From: Kordia sp.
GTDB taxonomy: Bacteria > Bacteroidota > Bacteroidia > Flavobacteriales > Flavobacteriaceae
Reading direction: 5' to 3'
DNA length: 64,000 nt
Assembly (NCBI GenBank): GCA_002733415.1
Contig: NVVR01000002.1
Coordinates: forward strand, 1 to 64,000
The notes under the pieces are model-generated. The model was not told the origin of the DNA. It was given only the letters and a program-made list of their open reading frames with translations, and ran no database searches. Each line of letters begins with the position of its first letter. Within the stretch, counting starts at the first letter, position 1. The position numbers were made by a program, and so were the translations under genes. Of the stretch, positions 30,478-41,631 are shown piece by piece.

Positions 30478-32385
30478 TCATTTCTTTACAATAATAAACT
30501 CTGAACGTCTATTGGCTTGGTGCGCTTCTTCGCTACATTTAACACCATTAGCACATTCATTAATCAATTGTGTTTCTCCTTTACCTTTTCCTGTTATTCT
30601 TGAGGCATCTATTCCTTTTGAAATTACATGTTGAGCAGTAGATTTAGCTCTTCGGTCTGATAAGGCTAGGTTGTAACTATCTTTTCCTCTTGAATCAGTG
30701 TGCGATTCTGCACTGATGATCATCTCCGGGTATTTATTCATAATTGCTACTAACTTATCTAATTCAGTAGCCCCCTGAGCGGTAATATTGTGTTTGTCTA
30801 GTTCAAAGAAAATAGGGTTTAACATTACCTTATTATCTACTATGATTATATCTAATGGTAATTGTTCTGATACTTCTTTATTGTCTGTTTTAGCAATAGC
30901 AATACTATTGTTTAAGTATAATTCTCTATTAGCTTCTACTTTAAAAGCTTGATTACACTCATACTTAAATTGTACATTACCGTTTTCATCGGTAGTTTTA
31001 TTAGTTATTTTATTATTGTTTTCATCGTAAATAACTACAGCAGTCATTGGCAAAATAGCTTTAGTTTTACTATCAACAACCTGTACTGTTAAAGTAACAT
31101 CACATACCGGTATGATTTGTTCAAAGGCGTAAATATCATCACTACCAGCTCCTCCTGATCTATTAGAGGCAAAGAATCCTTTTTGTGATTCTTCATCGAT
31201 AGTGAAACTAAAATCATCGTTTCCTGAGTTTATTGGTGCTCCAGCATTTCGAACTGATCCGAAGTCATCACCTTTCATTTTCGCTGCAAAAATATCCATC
31301 ATCCCTAATCCTGGGTGACCGTTAGAGGTAAAGTATAAAATACCTTTGCTACTAATAAATGGAAACATCTCTGATCCTTCGGTATTGATTTTATTGCCTA
31401 AATTTACAGGATCACCATAAGTACCATCTCCATTTATGGTTACATACCAAAGATCTGAACCTCCTATAGTTCCTTTCATATCTGAGTTGAAATACAAACG
31501 TTTTCCATCTGTGCTTACAGCAGGTCCTCCAGTATTGTGGTTCTCACTATTAAAAGGCAAACCTTTTACATCAGACCACTGACCATTTACCATAGTAGCT
31601 GAGTACAGGTTGATGGTACTTTTCCCTTCGGTATCTTTTTTAAACTTTTTTGAAAACAAACTTCCAGTACGCTCATAGCTCTCTCCTGAAAAATACATTG
31701 TTTTTCCATCTGGACTAAAGTTTACTGTTCCTTCGTTGTATTTAGTATTTACTTTTCCGCCTAATTTTGACTCATTAGTTAAAGCTCCTGTTTCAGCATC
31801 GTAATCTGACACATAAATATCTAAATACGGTTCTTCATTCCATCCATAGCTTCTTGACTTACCACTTCTGGCTGAAGAATAGTACACTTGGTTTTTAAAT
31901 AATACTGGTCCAAATTCTGAATACTTACTATTGAACTCTGTAATAGGTGTTACTTTAAATTTGGGACTATCTCCCAATAATTTAGCTACAATATTTGGAT
32001 TGTTTTTATGTGCTACCGCTCTAACATCATTTGGTGCTAAAGACGAAAATTTATCCATCCAAGTATTGGCCTTGTCGTATTTACCATTGGCCTTTAAAAT
32101 TTGAGCGTATTTAAAAAATTGCTCAGGATTGTTTCCTGTTACAACTACTTTCTTATACCATTTTTCTGCATCAGTGGTGTTAAATACATTATAATAAGTA
32201 TCGGCCAGACGACCATATACATAATCATTTCCTTTACCGTCTTCTATAACTTCAAGGTATTCTGATATGGCATTTACATATTCTAAATTATCAAAATAAG
32301 TATCTGCCTTGGCTGTCTCTTTTGTCTGAGCATTTAAACCAAGTGTTCCTAATAGGAGTAAGCTTGTATAAATATATTTTTTCAT
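30478..32385 (-). CDS. OmpA-family protein with N-terminal TPR and a TolB-like beta-propeller region
   Basis: Signal peptide. C-terminal OmpA domain NITAQGATELDKL...SHTDSRGKDSYNLALSDRRAKS. Confidence 0.7.
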   Translation of the reverse strand: MKKYIYTSLLLLGTLGLNAQTKETAKADTYFDNLEYVNAISEYLEVIEDGKGNDYVYGRLADTYYNVFNTTDAEKWYKKVVVTGNNPEQFFKYAQILKANGKYDKANTWMDKFSSLAPNDVRAVAHKNNPNIVAKLLGDSPKFKVTPITEFNSKYSEFGPVLFKNQVYYSSARSGKSRSYGWNEEPYLDIYVSDYDAETGALTNESKLGGKVNTKYNEGTVNFSPDGKTMYFSGESYERTGSLFSKKFKKDTEGKSTINLYSATMVNGQWSDVKGLPFNSENHNTGGPAVSTDGKRLYFNSDMKGTIGGSDLWYVTINGDGTYGDPVNLGNKINTEGSEMFPFISSKGILYFTSNGHPGLGMMDIFAAKMKGDDFGSVRNAGAPINSGNDDFSFTIDEESQKGFFASNRSGGAGSDDIYAFEQIIPVCDVTLTVQVVDSKTKAILPMTAVVIYDENNNKITNKTTDENGNVQFKYECNQAFKVEANRELYLNNSIAIAKTDNKEVSEQLPLDIIIVDNKVMLNPIFFELDKHNITAQGATELDKLVAIMNKYPEMIISAESHTDSRGKDSYNLALSDRRAKSTAQHVISKGIDASRITGKGKGETQLINECANGVKCSEEAHQANRRSEFIIVKK

Positions 32386-32505
32386 GTGTTGATTCTTATT
32401 GTTTATTAAATGTCACATGTAACTTTTGATAATTAAACACAAACAGCTACTATAACAATGCTATCTATTTTAATTATGTCAGTTTCATTTTTTTGTTTGA
32501 TTTTA

Positions 32506-33423
32506 TTAGAAAAATCTCGGTGAACGTGATACTTTTTTAGGAAAATTCAAATCAAATTGTAAAAACACCTCATGAGATGCACTTGTAGCTTCACTGATAT
32601 CTGATAGAGTATAATCATAGGCATAACCTAATCGGAGGCTTCGATTAAAGGCTAAACCAATTAAACCACTTATTGAATCATCATTTCTGTATGAAGCTCC
32701 TATTTCAAACTTATCATAGAACAAAAAATTGGCATTTACATCAAAAGATGTAACGGCATCAAAAGACGATTTAATAAGTATAGATGGTTTGAATTTTGTA
32801 GCTTCTGAAATTTGAAATACATATCCTGCAGTTACAAAATAATGCTGTACTTCAGTACCAAACTTTCTGCCATCTTTATCAAGATGAACACTATTCAGTA
32901 AATTTGGCATCGATAAGCCTACATAATATTTATCAGTATAAAAGAAGGTCCCTATTCCTGCATTTGGAGTTGCGTTGGATACATCTTCTTTAAAAATAGG
33001 ATCATTTGGTAATGAGGTTACTACTCCGCTGTTTAGTGAAATATTATGAAGAGTAATTCCTCCCTTGAACCCAAAGGCTAATTTATGCTTTTCACTTAAA
33101 TCTACAGTGTAAGATAAGTCAGCATAAATATTATTTTCCTTTACAGGTCCGTGCTGATCTGAAATTACAGAAAGTCCTAAACCTATATGTTCCGCCACAG
33201 GACTGTGGCCGGAAAAAGTAATGGTTTTTGGGGCTCCATCTAATCCGGTCCACTGGTTCCTGTATAATGCTACTATGGATAAACCTTCTTTTGATCCAGC
33301 ATAGGCAGGGTTAATAACCGCTTGATTATACATGTATTGTGTATATTGTGGGTCTTGTTGGGCGTTAACTGTATTACTTATTCCTAAAAGTAATACAGCT
33401 AAGGCTAATATTGATTTTTTCAT
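32506..33423 (-). CDS. T9SS outer-membrane protein of the PorP/SprF family
   Basis: Signal peptide and the N-terminal signature QQDPQYTQYMYNQAVINPAYAG. Confidence 0.8.
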   Translation of the reverse strand: MKKSILALAVLLLGISNTVNAQQDPQYTQYMYNQAVINPAYAGSKEGLSIVALYRNQWTGLDGAPKTITFSGHSPVAEHIGLGLSVISDQHGPVKENNIYADLSYTVDLSEKHKLAFGFKGGITLHNISLNSGVVTSLPNDPIFKEDVSNATPNAGIGTFFYTDKYYVGLSMPNLLNSVHLDKDGRKFGTEVQHYFVTAGYVFQISEATKFKPSILIKSSFDAVTSFDVNANFLFYDKFEIGASYRNDDSISGLIGLAFNRSLRLGYAYDYTLSDISEATSASHEVFLQFDLNFPKKVSRSPRFF

Positions 33424-33452
33424 ATTTTAAATCTTTAAAAGTCTTAATTCTT

Positions 33453-35114
33453 TTAGTACTCTCTATTTACATACACCCATCCGATAATCGGTAGCTGACC
33501 AGAAATAGTTACAACATAATAATAGGTTCCTGTTGGTAAATCGTTTCCATTATTGGACTTTCCATACCATTCGTTACGATAGTTCGCTTTTTCATAAACC
33601 TTGGTTCCATATCTGTTAAAAATTTGAATGTTCTCAGCCATTAGCCAAGAGATATCGAAGCTATCATTCAAGCCGTCATTATTTGGAGAAATTCCTGTTG
33701 GGATAGAGCATCCTTGCTTTTCAGTAACAGTAATAGTCTTTTTTGCACTACACCCGTTCCCAGAAGAAGGAGAGGCGGTAACTGTATATTCACCAGTCTG
33801 GTCAGTGTTTATACTAGCACTTGTTTGTTCAGGAATATCCGAACCGTTTAATTGCCATTGATACGTTAAACCAGAATCACTACTGGTTACCATTAGATTA
33901 GTAAAATCATCTTGGCAAATTTCTGTATTGCCACTAATATCACTAATATTAGGAGAGGGTAAATTTAGCACTTCAATAGTATCACTAAGGGAACAAAGTC
34001 CTTCTGTGGCAGTTATAACATAAGTACCTGGTTGTACAGTCGTAATAGAAGTACTGGTTTCACCAGAAAGAACAGTGCCATTATATTGCCATTCGTAAGT
34101 TGCATTGCTAAAAGAAGAATTTACAGTTAAAACAGTTGATTCTCCTTCACAAATAGAAATGTCATCTCCTAAACTAATAGCGCCTCCGGCATTAAAACTA
34201 CCAGCTAATAAAAATACTGCTGAATCCTCGGCAGCGTCTGTTCTATCTGCAATAACTAATTTCATACGATACGTTTGACCAGCCTGAATATCTTGTGACG
34301 CTGTAAAAACGATGGTTCTTCCGTTGTATGCAATTGGAGATGTCGGCCCATTAGCATCGAAATTACTTACGTACAGCGAAGGATTCTGGGCAGGAGAACA
34401 ATCGACTATATTATTATGTACTGTACCTGCACTAACAGGGGTTACGCCATCGGGTAATAGTGCTATATTTCTCCACTGGGTTGCAGGAGGATTTCCTGCA
34501 AATTCAGCATCTGGGGTAATTCCCGGACCTGAAACTAAAAATGCAAAACCATCCTGATAAGATTCACATTCGTAATTTGAGATTTCATATTCTTCTGAAG
34601 CAAACAAGTATTGGAAACTAAAGTTATTCGTAAAAGGGGTAAAATCAAATTCAACAGTTGTAGCGTCGGTTGTTGGTTCATTATCCCCAAATCTTGTGTC
34701 GAGAATAGTTTTAATATCTGCGTCACCAGCCCAGGAGGGAGTTGAACCGTCAACCTCAAAGCCAGATAAAGAAAAGACATCTGCGCTTGGACCTTGCGAT
34801 TGAGTGGCAGCACCTGTTGATAGAATAATTCCTTTATTCATAGGGAAATTTGACCCTGAATGGGTAAAATAGGAGAAGCTTTTAGCTCCAGTTTGGGTGT
34901 TATTATCGCTATCAACATATTCAACATCCTCTCGAAAATTGGTGCTTATATTTTCTATAGTTGCACAAGTGGGACCTATAAAAACGTCTTTGATAAGGTT
35001 TTCTAAACTCTTCGTAGAATTAGAATCTCCATTAGGGTTTACTACAATACTTTGGGAATACACGTTGACCGATGCCCAAAATAAAATAAAACCAAATAAT
35101 ATTTTTTTCTTCAT
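33453..35114 (-). CDS. Adhesin-like cell-surface protein with a T9SS type B C-terminal sorting domain. Its cognate PorP/SprF and OmpA genes lie downstream.
   Basis: Signal peptide. Ig-like repeats. C-terminal ISPNNDGLNDSFDI...IFNRYGTKVYE...WYGKSNNGNDLPTGTYYYVV. Confidence 0.75.
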   Translation of the reverse strand: MKKKILFGFILFWASVNVYSQSIVVNPNGDSNSTKSLENLIKDVFIGPTCATIENISTNFREDVEYVDSDNNTQTGAKSFSYFTHSGSNFPMNKGIILSTGAATQSQGPSADVFSLSGFEVDGSTPSWAGDADIKTILDTRFGDNEPTTDATTVEFDFTPFTNNFSFQYLFASEEYEISNYECESYQDGFAFLVSGPGITPDAEFAGNPPATQWRNIALLPDGVTPVSAGTVHNNIVDCSPAQNPSLYVSNFDANGPTSPIAYNGRTIVFTASQDIQAGQTYRMKLVIADRTDAAEDSAVFLLAGSFNAGGAISLGDDISICEGESTVLTVNSSFSNATYEWQYNGTVLSGETSTSITTVQPGTYVITATEGLCSLSDTIEVLNLPSPNISDISGNTEICQDDFTNLMVTSSDSGLTYQWQLNGSDIPEQTSASINTDQTGEYTVTASPSSGNGCSAKKTITVTEKQGCSIPTGISPNNDGLNDSFDISWLMAENIQIFNRYGTKVYEKANYRNEWYGKSNNGNDLPTGTYYYVVTISGQLPIIGWVYVNREY

Positions 35115-35774
35115 TGTAACTTATAATTTAAGGGGTTATTAGTTTGGAGTGTTTATCAAAACACTTCCATAATTTAAGAGTGGTTTATATTAAGAGCTAT
35201 TTTATCCATAGGAGTACATCACACTTCGTTCAAAAAATGAAATTCAAAAAATACTTGGCATCAGATGATCTTTTATTATGTTAACCAAACTTTACGTTTA
35301 GTTTTATATTTCCCAAAATGTCATTGTTGACTTTGCTGTGTAAAATTACGCGGCGTAGTAGTAAGGGGCATATAAAGACAAATTCAAATCAGAATTGCTT
35401 TTCTTTTAGTAGAGTTTAAAATTCTTTGATAAAATGTTTTTTACTCAAAATAAAATACTTTTAAAACACTGAAGCAAAGGTAGTTGAGGTCATGTGTAGC
35501 AAGCAAATTATAGTTGTTTTGAATCATAAAATGAAATATGTTTTTCACGTATTACTCCTTGATTCCCCTTGGTTTTACTGGTGGTTTAAGAATGTTTAGA
35601 GGAGAACAAATAGATGTGTGAATACATGAATTAAAACAATTAGAGGTGTGTTATTACCTTGTTTGTTTTGATAGATGGAAAGAACAGGGGAATAACACTT
35701 AATCATTATAGAAAATAATATAGATGAATATGGGGTTTGAACTTAATCAAATAAGCAATAGATACAATTGTGTT

Positions 35775-35852
35775 GCTACTAGAAGTTTACTTAAACTTGG
35801 GAAGTTAATGGAAGAAAATGGGTATGTGAAAAAGCTGCCGATAAGGTTGTAG
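35775..35852 (+). pseudogene. Relic of an SPFH-protein C-terminus (paralog fragment of the gene at 23730)
   Basis: It translates to ATRSLLKLGKLMEENGYVKKL, matching ATRSLLNTAKLMEENSMLFKL of the intact gene. There is no ORF context. Confidence 0.4.
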
Positions 35853-35888
35853 AGGATTCGGTTTCTATAAATTTTATTGAAGTTGATG

Positions 35889-35919
35889 TAAAAAAGAGAT
35901 GGGCCATTTGGCCCATCTC
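35889..35919 (-). terminator. Orphan rho-independent terminator (minus-strand orientation)
   Basis: gagatgggccatttggcccatctc preceded by an A-run on the plus strand. Confidence 0.5.
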
Positions 35920-36961
35920 AACAGTAAGTGATTATTTATTAACCCGAAACAATAATCAATCTTAAGTTGGTATAAATGTTGTTAATTCATAGAATTATAA
36001 CCCATTTAACTTGATAACTTACTGTTTTCTTTCGCGTATTTCACACATATTTGAATATTTAGCTGCGGATTAACTACTTACTAAATTTCATAAATACTAA
36101 TTCTAGTGAGAATCGCGTATTGAATTGTATATCAATATTTATAGCATAGTCTGTACATTAACTATCCTATACTTGATTTCATAAATGTTTATTTCTCATA
36201 TGATAAATTGCTTTTACTCAAAATTATTATTTTTTAATTATGGTGTAAAGGTACTTCAGAACCCGTATGATTAACAAACTAAGTATGTAGCGATTCATGT
36301 AATTCAATACCCTATTTATAAATTACTTCATGTTTTTATCTATTTTATTGGTGGTGTGACAATACATGTAAATTATTAAGAAAGATGTGTGAATACATAT
36401 ATACAAACGAGATGAAGGATGTTTTAATCATATTTATGCTGTACTGATGCAAAAAAAGGATGATAGACCTCTCTTGGTTTATGTAGTTAAGCAGGTAAAG
36501 AACTCTAGTAAATGTAAATAAGTACTCTGATAAATACAATAGAGTTGACAATGCTTGACAGTTAGTCCAATAAATACTTAGTATAATTCATAACGTATAT
36601 TCGTAAGATATTTAATGATTTTCTATACTAATGAGGCACTAAATATGTTTCGCTAACTTCTAAATTGGAATCTAAAATTATAGAAGAGCAATTTAAATTT
36701 TGTTCCTATTCGTGAAATTTCCACGTCATTGATTATTAGCTGGTTTCGGTTTTTTTACGTGTAAAAAAATAATTTCAAAAAATAATTTCAAAAAATAAGG
36801 GTAAGAAATAAGAAATAAATGAACAGTAGGGAGTACAAACAAAAAAATCAATATCGTTTATGGTTTTGATTAAAACAATATCCTTTCGCGAGAGAAAAGA
36901 CAATAAACACTTAAGTCTAAAAAAGTAGTGTGTATAATTAACAATTTAAATATTTATTAAA

Positions 36962-37888
36962 ATGAAAAAAATCTTATTTTTAGTACTATTCTCAATAATG
37001 TCAATTTCTAGTTATGCTCAAAGTGGTTGTAGTATTGGAACTATAACTCAATTAACACATAATAACGATGGTGTATATAGTGTTCCTGCTGAAACTGGAT
37101 ACAATTATTTTTGGTCAGTAACAGGCAACATGAATATTGTTTCAGGGCAAGGAACTAACTCAATTACTGTTGGCACTTCGGTAAGTAGTACAGTAACTGT
37201 CTCAGGGAGTATTTATATTACAAAATATAAGGAAGGAGTAGCGCCTTGTTGTAATGAAACGTCAATTAATATTCCTGGGTCATCTGGAGGGACAAGCTGT
37301 GGAGTAGAGGTTAGCTCAGTGGAAGAATTAAATGTGTTCGGTAATGAAAATGTAATGTTTCATTCACCAATAACATTACAGTTAGGCTGGGCTTATGTTA
37401 GTAGTGTTTTTACAGTTACTTATGATAATGGGCAAGTGATAACTTATACAGGCGCATTGAACTTCTTAAACAATCCTCAAATAACAATCCCTGTAAATGA
37501 TTGTACAAATGGGGGGGCTGTAATTAATGTATGCGTAACTGTAACTGCTAATAACCCATCTGGGAGAGCTTATTCAAATCAGAAAGTACCTGCTCCAGTA
37601 GGAAATACATGTTCGGATACAAAATGTAGAGATTTCTTTATAGTATGTGGAACTTCAGGGCTTAATAAGTTAAAAAACCCAGTTAAGAACCAACTTCGAT
37701 TAGAACTGAATGGATTGAAACAAGCAGAGGTTTTAATTTATGATTATAGTGGGAATTTAAAAAAGAGAGCAAAAATAACTGATGCCCAAAGTGTTGATGT
37801 TAGTGATTTGAAAAATGGTTTATATATAGTAAAATTAAGCTCTAAGGATGGTTTAGTTGAGACTAAGAAAATTCAAATTCAAAGATAA
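36962..37888 (+). CDS. Secreted hypothetical protein with a T9SS type A C-terminal sorting domain
   Basis: Signal peptide MKKILFLVLFSIMSISSYAQ. C-terminal tail ...DLKNGLYIVKLSSKDGLVETKKIQI. Confidence 0.6.
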   Translation: MKKILFLVLFSIMSISSYAQSGCSIGTITQLTHNNDGVYSVPAETGYNYFWSVTGNMNIVSGQGTNSITVGTSVSSTVTVSGSIYITKYKEGVAPCCNETSINIPGSSGGTSCGVEVSSVEELNVFGNENVMFHSPITLQLGWAYVSSVFTVTYDNGQVITYTGALNFLNNPQITIPVNDCTNGGAVINVCVTVTANNPSGRAYSNQKVPAPVGNTCSDTKCRDFFIVCGTSGLNKLKNPVKNQLRLELNGLKQAEVLIYDYSGNLKKRAKITDAQSVDVSDLKNGLYIVKLSSKDGLVETKKIQIQR

Positions 37889-37965
37889 GTCACCGATACG
37901 TTATTAATACTAATCGTTTATTCTTGTAATATAGAAGGGGTAATTATTAATAATTGTTTTGGGGA

Positions 37966-37999
37966 ATGAAAAAGCCAGCTATAAGCTGGCTTTTTTTTA
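37966..37999. terminator. Bidirectional rho-independent terminator
   Basis: agccagctataagctggct flanked by an A-run and a T-run. Confidence 0.7.
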
Positions 38000-38013
38000 A
38001 TAAATATAGTAGA

Positions 38014-39423
38014 TTATAACATATCAGGATTATATCCTAAAAACGGGACTTCTGTTTCGTTAAAGATAATTCCGTAATCTTCTAATTCCTTTAGGATTGG
38101 GGTATATATTTCTTTAGAGATAGGCAATTGAACTCCAGGGGTTTTAATTTTACCATTTAATATTTGTAAAGTAGCAATAGCAACTGGTAAACCAACTGTT
38201 TTTGACATTGCGGTAAACGTTTGATCATCACCTAAAATAACCATTTTAGAGTCTATTTGATGTTTATTGCCGTTTAGTTCGTACCCGAATTTATGGTACA
38301 TTACAATCATATCTTTGTCTTCCTGTTGTAATGTCCAAGTGTCTAATAATATCTTTTGTAATATTTGAGCTGGAGTAGCATTTTTCAATCCTACTTTTTT
38401 GGTATTACTAAATAAATCTAACTCTAAATACTTGTCCCAAATAACATCATCCTGATCTATTTTTAAACTATGGCGGAACTTTAATTCCACAGAATCACTT
38501 GGGCTATATGGTAAAAACAAGTTTACAAAGTCTCTGTACGTCATTTCTTCAGAGTTCTCAATAGTGTAAGAATCATCGGTCATTCCTAATATAATAAAAC
38601 TATTCCAAGCACGAGAATATCCTACTCTTCGTATGGTTCCTCTGTATAAAGTTTCAACATCTTCTAATCCGTATACGCTTCTGTAACTTAAAGAATCTCT
38701 ATTGGCGTATCCTTCAAATTTACCATATCCTTCTACGTCTAAAAATTCAGTTCTTTTGAACAAACGATTATAAGGTATGTATTTGTATTTTCCTTCTTGT
38801 ATAAACATAGCGGTTCCGCCTTGACCAGCTAAAACAACATTTCTTGGGTTCCAAGTAAACTTGTAGTTCCATAAGTTGTTGTCGCTTTCTGGAGCAACTA
38901 AGCCACCACAAAACGATTCGAATAATAATATTTTACCACCTTGTTCATGAATACGATCAATCACTTGCATTGCACTCATATGATCAATTCCAGGATCTAG
39001 TCCAATTTCGTTCATAAATACCAAGCCTTTTTCTTTGGCTTCAGTATCTAGTGCTTGCATTTCATCACTAATGTATGATGCGGTAACCATATGTTTTCCA
39101 TAAGTAATGCAATCCTTAGCAACTTCTATGTGATAACGAGCTGGAAGCATTGAAATAACAATGTCTGCATTTTGTACAGCTGCTTTTCTTTCATCCTCTT
39201 TAAAGATGTCTAGTATGATTGCAGTTGCATTTTTATGGTTTTTTACATGTGCCTTAGCGTTATCTAAAGATAAATCTCCAATGGTTACATGTAAATTTTC
39301 TTGTTCAGACTTTCCAATTAAGTAGGTAATTAAATTAGAGGCTGATTTTCCTGCGCCTATTACTAAAATTTTTCTCATTTTTGTTTGGAGTTTTTTATTA
39401 GCGTGTTGTTTTTTATAACACAA
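38014..39423 (-). CDS. Saccharopine dehydrogenase family NAD(P)-binding protein
   Basis: KILVIGAGKSASNL Rossmann motif. The probable true start is MRKIL at about 39378. Confidence 0.7.
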   Translation of the reverse strand: MCYKKQHANKKLQTKMRKILVIGAGKSASNLITYLIGKSEQENLHVTIGDLSLDNAKAHVKNHKNATAIILDIFKEDERKAAVQNADIVISMLPARYHIEVAKDCITYGKHMVTASYISDEMQALDTEAKEKGLVFMNEIGLDPGIDHMSAMQVIDRIHEQGGKILLFESFCGGLVAPESDNNLWNYKFTWNPRNVVLAGQGGTAMFIQEGKYKYIPYNRLFKRTEFLDVEGYGKFEGYANRDSLSYRSVYGLEDVETLYRGTIRRVGYSRAWNSFIILGMTDDSYTIENSEEMTYRDFVNLFLPYSPSDSVELKFRHSLKIDQDDVIWDKYLELDLFSNTKKVGLKNATPAQILQKILLDTWTLQQEDKDMIVMYHKFGYELNGNKHQIDSKMVILGDDQTFTAMSKTVGLPVAIATLQILNGKIKTPGVQLPISKEIYTPILKELEDYGIIFNETEVPFLGYNPDML

Positions 39424-39455
39424 ATATATAGATAAGTGATATTTAAAACAATATT

Positions 39456-39845
39456 ATGAATAAAAGAATATTAATTTCAGCTGCGATATTAGCTATTGTA
39501 GCAATAATACTAGGGGCTTTTGGAGCTCATAAATTAAAAGAGTTGTTGCCGGAACATAGTTTAAATGCATTTGAAACAGGTGTTCGTTATCAGATGTATC
39601 ATGTTTTTTTGTTACTTTTTTTGGGTGTTTTTTCTGGGGTAACAGAAAGTATTAAGAAGAAAGTATATCGATTTACTATGGTTGGTATATTATTTTTTTC
39701 TGGGTCGATATATTTATTATCAACAAGCAGTATCACTTCAATTGATTTTTCGGCTATAGGAATTATCACTCCAATTGGTGGAATGTTGCTTATTGTTGCT
39801 TGGGGGATATTATTGAGAAGTTTTATAAACTTAAAAGACGATTAA
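39456..39845 (+). CDS. DUF423 (YgdD/TMEM256-like) small membrane protein
   Basis: Four TM segments and a GAFGAHKL motif. Confidence 0.6.
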   Translation: MNKRILISAAILAIVAIILGAFGAHKLKELLPEHSLNAFETGVRYQMYHVFLLLFLGVFSGVTESIKKKVYRFTMVGILFFSGSIYLLSTSSITSIDFSAIGIITPIGGMLLIVAWGILLRSFINLKDD

Positions 39846-39889
39846 GGCTCGTTTAACAAAAAATGTATACTTTTGCCCTTTATAACTAA

Positions 39890-41512
39890 ATGCAACACAA
39901 CAACAATACTATTATTATGGCTGATAATGATACAAAGAAAATGATTACGTTAAAACAATACGGAATCAAGAATGCAACAGTAAACTATAATTTATCGTCG
40001 GATGAATTACATGATCTAACTATAGCAAAAGGACAAGGTGTTGAAGCTGCTTCTGGAGCTTTGGCAATTAATACAGGTGAGTTTACTGGTAGATCTCCAA
40101 TGGACAGGTTTATTGTTAAAGATGCAATCACTGAAGATAAAGTTTGGTGGGGGAATATCAACCTTGCTTTTGATAGTGATAAGTTTCAAAAATTATATGA
40201 TAAAGTAGTTACTTACTTGTCAGAAAAAGAAGTTTTTGTAAGAGATTGTTATGCTTGTGCTGACGAAGATTACAAATTAAACATTAGAGTAATTAATGAG
40301 CGTCCATGGTCAAACATGTTTGCCCATAATATGTTCTTAAGACCAACAGAATCGGAATTAGAAAATTTTAGCCCAGAATGGACTGTAATAAATGCTCCAG
40401 GTTTTATGGCTGACCCTGTTATTGATGGTACACGCCAACATAACTTTGCTATTTTAGATTTTACACGTAAAATTGCTTTAATAGGAGGTACAGGATATAC
40501 AGGAGAAATCAAAAAAGGAATTTTCTCTGCATTAAACTTTATTTTACCAGTTGATAAAAATACTTTACCAATGCATTGTTCTGCAAATGTTGGTGAGGAT
40601 GGTGACACTGCAATTTTCTTCGGATTATCAGGAACTGGAAAAACAACTTTATCATGTGATCCAGCACGTAAGTTAATTGGTGATGATGAGCACGGTTGGA
40701 CAAATGAAAATACAGTATTCAACTTTGAAGGAGGTTGTTATGCTAAAGTAATAGATCTTTCTGCTGAAAAAGAGCCGGAAATTTATAACGCTATAAAAAG
40801 AGGAGCAATCCTTGAAAACGTTATTTTAGACGATAAAGGAGCGGTAGATTATGAAGACACTTCAATTACACAAAATACACGTGTAAGTTATCCAATTTAT
40901 CATATTGATAATATTCAAAAACCATCAATAGGAAAGAATCCTAAAAACATATTCTTTCTTACTGCTGATGCATTTGGTGTATTGCCTCCTATTTCTAAGT
41001 TAACTCCTGGTCAAGCAGCGTACCACTTTATTTCAGGATATACAGCAAAAGTAGCGGGTACTGAAGCTGGAATTAACGAGCCATTACCAAGTTTTTCTGC
41101 TTGTTTCGGAGCGCCATTTATGCCATTACATCCTACAAAATATGCTGAAATGCTAAGTGTTAAAATGCAAGAAGCAGGTGTAAACGTATGGTTGATAAAC
41201 ACTGGTTGGACTGGTGGAGGTTACGGAGTTGGTAACAGAATGAAATTAAGTTCTACAAGAGCTATGATTACAGCAGCTTTAAACGGTGGGTTAAAAGATG
41301 TTGAGTTTGTGCAGCACCCAATTTTCGGATTGGATATGCCTACAACTTGTCCTAATGTTCCAACAGAGGTGTTAAATCCTAGAGGAACCTGGTCTGATGC
41401 TACAGAGTATGACGCTAAAGCTAACGAATTAGCAGCATCGTTTAAAAAGAACTTCGCAAAGTTTGAAGACTATGCAAACGAAGAAATAATGAAAGGTGGT
41501 CCGATTGTATAA
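39890..41512 (+). CDS. pckA: Phosphoenolpyruvate carboxykinase (ATP)
   Basis: Kinase-1a motif GLSGTGKTTLS and a PckA-like length. Confidence 0.9.
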   Translation: MQHNNNTIIMADNDTKKMITLKQYGIKNATVNYNLSSDELHDLTIAKGQGVEAASGALAINTGEFTGRSPMDRFIVKDAITEDKVWWGNINLAFDSDKFQKLYDKVVTYLSEKEVFVRDCYACADEDYKLNIRVINERPWSNMFAHNMFLRPTESELENFSPEWTVINAPGFMADPVIDGTRQHNFAILDFTRKIALIGGTGYTGEIKKGIFSALNFILPVDKNTLPMHCSANVGEDGDTAIFFGLSGTGKTTLSCDPARKLIGDDEHGWTNENTVFNFEGGCYAKVIDLSAEKEPEIYNAIKRGAILENVILDDKGAVDYEDTSITQNTRVSYPIYHIDNIQKPSIGKNPKNIFFLTADAFGVLPPISKLTPGQAAYHFISGYTAKVAGTEAGINEPLPSFSACFGAPFMPLHPTKYAEMLSVKMQEAGVNVWLINTGWTGGGYGVGNRMKLSSTRAMITAALNGGLKDVEFVQHPIFGLDMPTTCPNVPTEVLNPRGTWSDATEYDAKANELAASFKKNFAKFEDYANEEIMKGGPIV

Positions 41513-41537
41513 GTACAATTAGATTTTATAATATATT

Positions 41538-41572
41538 AAAAAACCTGAAGCATATGCTTCAGGTTTTTTTTC
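41538..41572 (+). terminator. Rho-independent terminator
   Basis: cctgaagcatatgcttcagg followed by a T-run. Confidence 0.75.
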
Positions 41573-41631
41573 GCTTTATAAAGAAACAATTAATTTACTT
41601 ATATTCGTAAAAACTATAATTCTTTCAAATA

